From the IMG/VR virus record IMGVR_UViG_3300025727_000005: 64,000 nucleotides of DNA, one strand, 5' to 3'. The position numbers were made by a program, and so were the translations under genes. This DNA comes from an uncultured virus (IMG/VR IMGVR_UViG_3300025727_000005) (Duplodnaviria > Heunggongvirae > Uroviricota > Caudoviricetes). Within the stretch, counting starts at the first letter, position 1. Every line of letters starts with the position of its first letter. Of this stretch, positions 57,551-64,000 are shown in pieces. The notes below the pieces were generated by a model. That model did no database searches, was not told the DNA's origin, and worked only from the letters and a program-made list of their open reading frames with translations.

Positions 57551-58729
57551 TCACCACTCCAAGTCGTCAATGATGTCATAGTATCGAGCTTTTTTACCCA
57601 TTTCATCTCTGTTTTTTTCAACAAGACTAGGGTCTGGAGCTTGCCCTGGAGAAGTTACTGATCCTTCATACTCTAAAAAATCTTCTGGTACATCTCCATC
57701 TCTTCTAGCATTTGCGTACTCCTCTTGACCTTTTTCTCCCTTAGAATATTTTGATTCTTTATCGAAATCAGCCATGAACCCCATATCATCAATAATGTCC
57801 TCTGAACCTTGTTGGTCATCATCTCTATATCCACGATAACGAGCAACATCATTCATAGCAGAGTAAGACTGAGAAATCTTGTCCTCGACCCAATCATCAA
57901 GATCTTCCAGACCAATGTCATCAACGATGAAATCAGCCATGTCGCTCATCTCTCGTAGATTCTGTCGGCTCATGTATGAACCAGAGTCTTCGTGGTCTTT
58001 AGCAGTTCGACCAAGACCAATGTCATCAATAATCTCATCGTCTGAAGCGAACATAGGTCTGTGTGTTACTTGAGAGCCACCTTTTTCAGCAAGCATTACC
58101 GTAACATCATATCCCTTTATTCTTTTACGAGTGCCTTTTTGGAAATGTGCCTGTGCCATCTCCTGTGCTTCAAACTTCGAGTCCGCGTAGACTTCAACTT
58201 TTTCACGATTCCACATGGCGATATACCCATTAGAACCAGATCCGATTTGTTGACCCCCAGCCATGCGACCAAGACCCATGTCATCAATAATCTCATCGTC
58301 TGCTGACTTCATCTTTTCATTCATCTCTTCCTCAGAGTGAACTACTTCATCTTCAAACTTTTCAGCAACTTCAGGGTTGTCTTTTTTCCATTGTGCGACC
58401 GCTGTATCAACAACTTTATCTGAGTTATGCTTACGACTAGGTAAACGAGACTCTTTCCAAAAGTCGGACATACGACCAAGACCAATGTCATCGACAATCT
58501 CGAATCCTTCAAGTTCATCAGCCTCAAAGTCATCAGCGACAACATCATCTATATAGTTGCCTGGTCCACTTTTAAGGTCGCCATATCCCGTGTTGAGTTG
58601 TACCGTCTTTTCCCCCAAGAAATCGGCGGCATTTCTTTCACCATAGTCGGGCTGTAGGCGAAGGGGTTGTTGTGGTTGGCGAAGCTCCATGTGCTTCTGA
58701 GCGATTTTCTTTGCGAGTCTTTTAAACAT
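57551..58729 (-). CDS. acidic modular protein with repeated IIDD(I/M)GLGR(M/T)(A/S) linkers
   Basis: 392 aa; AAGGAG RBS; promoter at 58768-58783. Confidence 0.75.
   Translation of the reverse strand: MFKRLAKKIAQKHMELRQPQQPLRLQPDYGERNAADFLGEKTVQLNTGYGDLKSGPGNYIDDVVADDFEADELEGFEIVDDIGLGRMSDFWKESRLPSRKHNSDKVVDTAVAQWKKDNPEVAEKFEDEVVHSEEEMNEKMKSADDEIIDDMGLGRMAGGQQIGSGSNGYIAMWNREKVEVYADSKFEAQEMAQAHFQKGTRKRIKGYDVTVMLAEKGGSQVTHRPMFASDDEIIDDIGLGRTAKDHEDSGSYMSRQNLREMSDMADFIVDDIGLEDLDDWVEDKISQSYSAMNDVARYRGYRDDDQQGSEDIIDDMGFMADFDKESKYSKGEKGQEEYANARRDGDVPEDFLEYEGSVTSPGQAPDPSLVEKNRDEMGKKARYYDIIDDLEW
58008..58501. repeat. intragenic direct repeats (37 bp x2, plus 29-bp variant)
   Basis: cgaccaagacc(a/c)atgtcatcaataatctcatcgtctg at 58008-58044 and 58266-58302; variant at 58473-58501. 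Confidence 0.85.
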
Positions 58730-58767
58730 TTCTGTTCTCCTTAAGAGGGTTCATCTTTAATAGTGGT

Positions 58768-58783
58768 AATAGATAAACTATTA
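58768..58783 (-). promoter_or_regulatory. putative late promoter (TAATAGTTTATCTATT)
   Basis: overlaps stop codon of 58781..60667. Confidence 0.6.
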
Positions 58784-60667
58784 AATAGAGGGTAGTCCTA
58801 CGAGGTACTTAACAACATCACCCTTACCCTCTAGGTTTCGGGTGTAGCATTTTCTATCATCATCCCACTCAAGAGGTTTATTGATGATTGTCCTTACTTG
58901 ATCTTCATCTTGAACATGGTTGACACCGAGTCTCTTCTTTAAGAGTCGGGCGAACCTTGCGTCAACCTCTGCGTACCAACCTCTCTTTAAGAGAAGTTCA
59001 GCACCTTTCATCAACATAGCGTTCCTACCTTCACTTGTTCCGTCAGATCCGATGAGTCCAATCTTCTTTCCGAAAGGAGTAGATGAGTAGCTGACGAAAG
59101 CGTCTATCTCATCATCACCTTCTACATCTACAACCCAGAAGGTGTCGTAGTTGCTCATAAGATCCGACTTGGAGCTTATGTGTTTCCCTACTTTGGAGTA
59201 TGACAGATCATAAATAGTCCAAAGTTGTTCTTGTTGATCTTGATCAAACTGTCGAGGGGGTGCTTCAACCCACTTTTTACGCTCAAGATGAACACGAGCG
59301 ATACGACTAGCCATTCTTTGATGGGTGTTAAAGATCATCTTATATGCTTCGCCCACAGCTTTCTTATATTTGCCTTTGGCGTATCTTTTAAGAGTGTGAA
59401 AAAAGCTATTTGGGCTTGTGGATCTCGTCCATTTAGATTTTGACCCGACACCAGTTAAAGCTTTGAATACCTCTAATTTATCTTTTTCTGTGAAAGTCTC
59501 ATATTCAGAAAATCGCTTTAGATCAGACATTATTGTTCTAATGTTATCTCTAAGATCAGTATAAAACTCACCATCGTCAAGATAGTGGAGTTCCTTTTTA
59601 TCTCTTACGCTTAGACTTTTGGGGTCTCCATGTTGGTTATATTCAGGGGTTTGGATTTTCTTTGAGGGCATACCAGCTTCATTCTTATACGCCCTAAAAT
59701 TGTCTGTTATTTTCTTACCCACGAAAGTTAATATAGATTGACCAACATGAGTCATTTCATGGATTACAGAAGTATGCACTGCTCTTATTACATTACGCAC
59801 AGTAGGATGGTAATCAAAAGACTGAAGAATCTTTTTCCCATAGTCAGGGATAGCGATTGTGACTTCTTTTTTAGTAAAAGACCAACTACTGTTTGTTGCA
59901 TCTACCTCGATCTTTACTTTGATCTTGTCAAAATACTCCCAAGTACGGCTCATGTCTGACATACTTTTTTTTAAGGACTCAACCATCATTTCATAGTTTT
60001 CAATGAGGTCCTCGAACTCAGGGTTGTTTTTCTTTTTCGCCTTCTCAATTATTTGAGAATACTCCACGATTTGACCCTTGGCTTTTTCCCGCATCATTTC
60101 TTGATGTTCTTCTAATGAGTTTTGGTCGAGATACCAGTCACCAAAATAAATAGGGAACTCTTTAATAATCACCTGCCCCATTTTCATGGGTTTTAATTTT
60201 ACTCGGATGACTTTCTTAAATTCTTTTATCTCCCCTTTAAGTTTCTTTGTCTCTCTTTCGCCCCAAGATAAGTAACTCTCCAATTCGATCTCGGTTTTCG
60301 CTATGCTTTCTTCAACGACTACTCTTATCTGTTCTCTTTTGGCGGGGTCTTTTACTCCAGAGAAGTATCTCTGTTTTAAATGCATAGATGCATAACCATA
60401 TCCAAAGTACCCTGTGGACAATGAAGAAAAATCTTTATAACTATTGAAAAGACCACGAGTCCCATCCTTCCTTAACGATTCTCTAAGGGAGACAATGGAG
60501 TCTGAGAGGGCGGATAGACGGGTTTCTTGCTCTCCTCGGTAGTTTTTATAACTTTTAATCTTCTCTTGTAGGGCTTTGACGATATTAGTAGCTACTTGAG
60601 AGAGTGCAAAACCATAAACATCTTGAGTCATCATTTCTGGTGGCTTCATTAGTCCTGCGTATTTCAT
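58781..60667 (-). CDS. modular protein: coiled coil, HExxH zincin-like domain, possible GNAT-like C-terminal domain
   Basis: VIHEMTH; linker QRMASRIARVH before final domain. Confidence 0.6.
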   Translation of the reverse strand: MKYAGLMKPPEMMTQDVYGFALSQVATNIVKALQEKIKSYKNYRGEQETRLSALSDSIVSLRESLRKDGTRGLFNSYKDFSSLSTGYFGYGYASMHLKQRYFSGVKDPAKREQIRVVVEESIAKTEIELESYLSWGERETKKLKGEIKEFKKVIRVKLKPMKMGQVIIKEFPIYFGDWYLDQNSLEEHQEMMREKAKGQIVEYSQIIEKAKKKNNPEFEDLIENYEMMVESLKKSMSDMSRTWEYFDKIKVKIEVDATNSSWSFTKKEVTIAIPDYGKKILQSFDYHPTVRNVIRAVHTSVIHEMTHVGQSILTFVGKKITDNFRAYKNEAGMPSKKIQTPEYNQHGDPKSLSVRDKKELHYLDDGEFYTDLRDNIRTIMSDLKRFSEYETFTEKDKLEVFKALTGVGSKSKWTRSTSPNSFFHTLKRYAKGKYKKAVGEAYKMIFNTHQRMASRIARVHLERKKWVEAPPRQFDQDQQEQLWTIYDLSYSKVGKHISSKSDLMSNYDTFWVVDVEGDDEIDAFVSYSSTPFGKKIGLIGSDGTSEGRNAMLMKGAELLLKRGWYAEVDARFARLLKKRLGVNHVQDEDQVRTIINKPLEWDDDRKCYTRNLEGKGDVVKYLVGLPSI

Positions 60668-60669
60668 TT

Positions 60670-61716
60670 TTACCCCCTGTTTAGATATGAAGAAGCAACA
60701 CGACTAGCCCTGCGTTTATTGATGTCTCTTAATACGAGATCGACCACGCTTAGTTGAGCCGATGGTTTGACATTGGGCAACAGACCTGCAATCTCAATCG
60801 CTAACTCTTTTCTCGACAACCCGCTTTGAGCGAGGTTTAAGATTTGAGATACCTGTTCATCTGAAACATCTGTCTCTGACTGCAAGCAAGGCAGTAAGGA
60901 AGCCATTTTAGAGGTTGTTGAGGGTAAGTGTCTGATGATCTCTGGGAATGTGGAGATACCTTTACAAGTACGGATTAAGTCAGCCCCCTCAAACAAGAAC
61001 GCAGTACATTCTCCTTGAGCGTTCTTTTCAAAATCAAGGGAATACTGTCCAACACCTGGAACTGAGACTTTGTAAACAAGATATATCCCGTCCACATCTG
61101 CTTTACATGACCACTTATCAAGCATGGTCATGTAGCCTAAGTGCTTCACACTTGATACGATCTCTTTTACAGAGCTTACAAAGTCATCTCTAGTAGCCAT
61201 GATTTGTCTCCCATCTTCTGTTATTTCACGCTCAATCATAAGAGCAGGTCTGCGAACTAAGTAGTTAGGCCACTTCTCGTACCACTTAGCATAGAAGTCA
61301 TCTTCGGAGACTTCACGAGTGGTCTTGTCGGGGTTGGGTAGATTCGGGTCAGCCACATGAACTACATAGCTTCCTTTTTCACCTGTAACATCAAAGATCA
61401 AACTAGCATGACTCCAATCCCTACCTTCGGGATTCCATGCAATAAGTACAGGCTTACCCTCATCTGTCCACGCTTTTACTTGGGTCAAAGTAGCTGGTGT
61501 AGTGAGGGTAGCTCGACACCCAAAATACTGAGCACAAGCTAAGACTTCTTCCCACCTAGCCCCTTGCATAGGTTTTGCACCAATCACTTGATTGACTTGA
61601 TCCTCGTTGCACTTAACGCCAACAGCATTTAGAGCCATACAGGTGGAGGTCGCCACACAACTAAACTGTGAACGCTGTCGTATTGGGCTCACATCTGCTT
61701 TTGCTGATCTTCTCAT
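60670..61716 (-). CDS. C39-like papain-fold cysteine peptidase with truncated MRRSA leader
   Basis: QRSQFSCVAT (Q/C), WSHASLI (H), VADP (D); C-terminal RRASRVASSY. Confidence 0.8.
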   Translation of the reverse strand: MRRSAKADVSPIRQRSQFSCVATSTCMALNAVGVKCNEDQVNQVIGAKPMQGARWEEVLACAQYFGCRATLTTPATLTQVKAWTDEGKPVLIAWNPEGRDWSHASLIFDVTGEKGSYVVHVADPNLPNPDKTTREVSEDDFYAKWYEKWPNYLVRRPALMIEREITEDGRQIMATRDDFVSSVKEIVSSVKHLGYMTMLDKWSCKADVDGIYLVYKVSVPGVGQYSLDFEKNAQGECTAFLFEGADLIRTCKGISTFPEIIRHLPSTTSKMASLLPCLQSETDVSDEQVSQILNLAQSGLSRKELAIEIAGLLPNVKPSAQLSVVDLVLRDINKRRASRVASSYLNRG

Positions 61717-61753
61717 GATAGGTATCCCTTTCTATTGTTAGAAAAGGCACACC

Positions 61754-61768
61754 TATAAAGAGACTACA
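61754..61768 (-). promoter_or_regulatory. putative late promoter (TGTAGTCTCTTTATA)
   Basis: tataaagagactacaaatc, near-identical to the 46235 copy. Confidence 0.6.
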
Positions 61769-61779
61769 AATCTACTGTC

Positions 61780-62541
61780 TTATCTTCTCTTAAACTTCGC
61801 TTTATTGAGGTGAATCTGAATGTGTCCTTTTTCTCCTATACCAATATCATAGTCCTTATCGTAGCCCGATTTGAGCTTTTGAAATATGGGGTACTTTCTT
61901 GTTAGGAGTTTATTAAGATCATTGGTTAGAGGTCCAGCCCACTCATCCCACCAACCTTCTTCATCCCAACCTTCTGGATCACAGTCATCATCCCAATCCT
62001 CATCACAGTCATAATTCTCTCCAACATAATGGTCGAGTCTATGTCTATTCATAGGTTCTATCCATAGGAACCAGGTATCTCCATCGTCACTTAGATCCAT
62101 ACCACTCATACGACTGCCATTCGGGGTCCTTGATCTAATCAAGAAATCGTATACCTCTTGAGCTGTCGGTAGTTGTTCTTCAACTGTAGGTCGAGATCGA
62201 GGTGTTGATCTAGTAGGTGTTGGTTGTCGAACAGCTCTTGCACTTGGAACAGAGGGTTGTCTACCTGTTGGGTTGGATCTAAATGAGTCAGCCAAGTCAG
62301 ATGCGTTGTTTCTGTGCATCATCTTTCTGATGTTTTTTAGATCACGATCACTAAGATCTCCACCGTCTTTGAGGATCTGAAGGTATCCTCCAAGTTCAAT
62401 GACCATTCTCGTGTCAGTTCGGTTTTGAGCTATGAAACCCCTAAGAACTTCATAAGCCTCTGTCTTAGTAGTCGCTTGTTTTTCAAGCCTTGCAATCCTC
62501 ATCTCAAGACTTCTGATTATTTCTGAGGCTGATCTTCTCAT
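61780..62541 (-). CDS. MRRSASE-leader protein 7
   Basis: MRRSASEIIRSLEMRIARLEKQA; GGAG RBS. Confidence 0.85.
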   Translation of the reverse strand: MRRSASEIIRSLEMRIARLEKQATTKTEAYEVLRGFIAQNRTDTRMVIELGGYLQILKDGGDLSDRDLKNIRKMMHRNNASDLADSFRSNPTGRQPSVPSARAVRQPTPTRSTPRSRPTVEEQLPTAQEVYDFLIRSRTPNGSRMSGMDLSDDGDTWFLWIEPMNRHRLDHYVGENYDCDEDWDDDCDPEGWDEEGWWDEWAGPLTNDLNKLLTRKYPIFQKLKSGYDKDYDIGIGEKGHIQIHLNKAKFKRR

Positions 62542-62578
62542 AAGTGTTCTCCATTGATTTAGGTTAGTTAAGATCTAG

Positions 62579-62594
62579 TATAATGAAACTATTA
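62579..62594 (-). promoter_or_regulatory. putative late promoter (TAATAGTTTCATTATA)
   Basis: overlaps stop codon of 62592 gene. Confidence 0.6.
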
Positions 62595-63494
62595 AAAGCG
62601 ATCTCTATCAAAAGAATCGCTATCAAAGTCTGCAATCACATCATATTCAATTTGAGCAACGACAATAACAGTTAAATATCTGTCATCATCTCGAAAGATG
62701 TCTCTAACTTCATAATCATACTCGATCACTTCGATTTGAGAGATGTTATGATAGCTAGGGAGTCTCTGTTTTATCTCATATTCAACTTCACCAAAAGCTA
62801 AGTCAATTTCTTCTGATCCCATATTTCTCAAGATGTTGTTCTCAATGTTCTTAGTGAGAGCATCACACAAGATTTTAGTAGATTTATCTTCTGGAGGATA
62901 GAAGTCATCTAAGTTCATCTTAGCTAGTTTCTCAAGGTCTTTTAAGTCAACTTTGAGCTTCATCTTGGTCTTTGATCCTACGACACCCGAAACTGTGTCC
63001 AATTCGGGATAAGCTGGATTGCTAGGGTGTAGCATAGAGTTTGATTCAACTTCGATCTCACCTTTCATAAGTTTTTCATTCTTATTGATGACTTCACCAT
63101 CAAGAATAGAAGCAGACAAAGCATGGAGGAAATGATTTGCTTGTCGATCAGAAACACCTGGCATCATTGCTTGAACAGACTTTAATCCTGTACCTGCTTG
63201 TTTCAGACTCGCATTACGATAACTCGATGTTATCCGATCTGCATCACGATCTGACAGATACATATCTGTATCCCGATCATAATACTTGCCTGCTTTCGGG
63301 TCGTAGTAAAGAACTTCACCACCTTTAAACATGAAAGGCCCTTCAAGACCTTGATTGGAAAGATCTGTGTACCGATCACGATCAAGACGGGGCAGACGAT
63401 GTTTAGCCATCATTTCTTCATGGTGTCTCTTTGCAGAGGATCTCTTCTCAAGGTTCGCAATACGCACCTCAAGATTTCTGATTGTATCTTTCAT
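62592..63494 (-). CDS. protein with diverged leader (MKDTIRNLEVRIANLEKRS) and GLEGPF/YYDP module
   Basis: GGAG RBS; modules separated by RNASLKQAG. Confidence 0.75.
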   Translation of the reverse strand: MKDTIRNLEVRIANLEKRSSAKRHHEEMMAKHRLPRLDRDRYTDLSNQGLEGPFMFKGGEVLYYDPKAGKYYDRDTDMYLSDRDADRITSSYRNASLKQAGTGLKSVQAMMPGVSDRQANHFLHALSASILDGEVINKNEKLMKGEIEVESNSMLHPSNPAYPELDTVSGVVGSKTKMKLKVDLKDLEKLAKMNLDDFYPPEDKSTKILCDALTKNIENNILRNMGSEEIDLAFGEVEYEIKQRLPSYHNISQIEVIEYDYEVRDIFRDDDRYLTVIVVAQIEYDVIADFDSDSFDRDRF

Positions 63495-63538
63495 TAGTAT
63501 CTCCATTTATTTGGTAGGGTTAATGATCTAAAATTTGA

Positions 63539-63988
63539 CTATCTAAGAGAGACTGCTTCCATTTTATAAGTCAAATAAGTGATTGCAGGGTATCGACTCG
63601 CTGTCTTACCCTCTACCATCTCATCATATTCGTCAGTATTAACCACCCAGCGATACATCGCTTTCTCTAAGAGAGCTAAAAACCCTGTTATGATGAGTGG
63701 TGCAAAACTACCTATGTTTTGTTTTAGATAATCCTTAACCTGATCTGCATTTAAACTGATCGGTTGGTATTGAGATATTGGAGTCTCTATCGTTGTATGC
63801 TCAATTTGAAGGAAGTTATTATCTGAAGCAGGGATAGCGTCTAATGTAAGATCTCCTTTTGACATTGCTACTTCCATTTTTTTAGCAAGGTCTTGGGCTT
63901 CTTCTATCGTGGGGAGCTGTGTGGTCGGAGGAACTTCTTGAACAATACGAACCCTTGTATTTTGACTCAAAGCGGTATACTCAGTCAT
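63539..63988 (-). CDS. hypothetical protein (possibly 5'-truncated by window edge)
   Basis: 149-aa ORF at window end; GKTASRY motif. Confidence 0.5.
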   Translation of the reverse strand: MTEYTALSQNTRVRIVQEVPPTTQLPTIEEAQDLAKKMEVAMSKGDLTLDAIPASDNNFLQIEHTTIETPISQYQPISLNADQVKDYLKQNIGSFAPLIITGFLALLEKAMYRWVVNTDEYDEMVEGKTASRYPAITYLTYKMEAVSLR

Positions 63989-64000
63989 ATCTGCTAAAGT

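Noticed and set aside
9738..62541. CRISPR array or IS/MITE interpretation of the dispersed leader repeats
   Set aside because: Repeats are protein-coding, irregularly spaced, lack terminal inverted repeats, and no cas or transposase gene is seen.
1091..63328. Numerous 60-140-aa ORFs antisense to or nested in long genes
   Set aside because: They are shadows of the real genes, with no RBS or recognisable motifs.
1..64000. Alternative genetic code, tRNA/rRNA genes, introns or inteins
   Set aside because: Long ORFs tile the window under code 11; intergenic gaps are short with no cloverleaf recognised; helicases show no intein-sized insertions. A tRNAscan/Infernal run would be needed to be certain.

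Overview
This window is a gene-dense, AT-rich segment of a large tailed phage with a myovirus-type tail, probably a jumbo phage, read in the standard genetic code. Its host is likely Gram-negative, since it encodes an outer-membrane beta-barrel and lipoproteins. Left to right it holds: large virion/baseplate-type genes (1-8.8 kb); a variable block with a PAPS-reductase-family gene (8.8-15.8 kb); a tail module on the minus strand (spike, hub, tube initiators, tape measure, chaperones, tube; 15.8-30.4 kb); SNF2, loader-like and DnaB-like helicase genes followed by a DNA-modification island (four paralogous amino-methyltransferases, two DUF2156-like transferases, a QueC-like/2OG-Fe(II) fusion, an ABC-ATPase-GNAT fusion; 31-45.5 kb); an actin-like ATPase; MazG-like and metallophosphoesterase genes; and modular minus-strand proteins including zincin-like and C39 proteases (52-64 kb). 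The main discovery is a portable cassette made of a putative late promoter (TAATAGTTTNTTTATA), a ~21-aa coiled-coil leader (MRRSASEIIRNLESRIARLEK) and a K/R-x-A/S site. It occurs 11 times, fused to unrelated cargo domains, including internal, truncated, diverged and empty/pseudogenised copies. Two cassettes are bracketed by duplicated 3' ends of the actin-like gene. I interpret this as a candidate capsid-loading (or oligomerisation) tag system for swapping virion-delivered effectors. Family assignments come from motif recognition by eye; no database searches were run.
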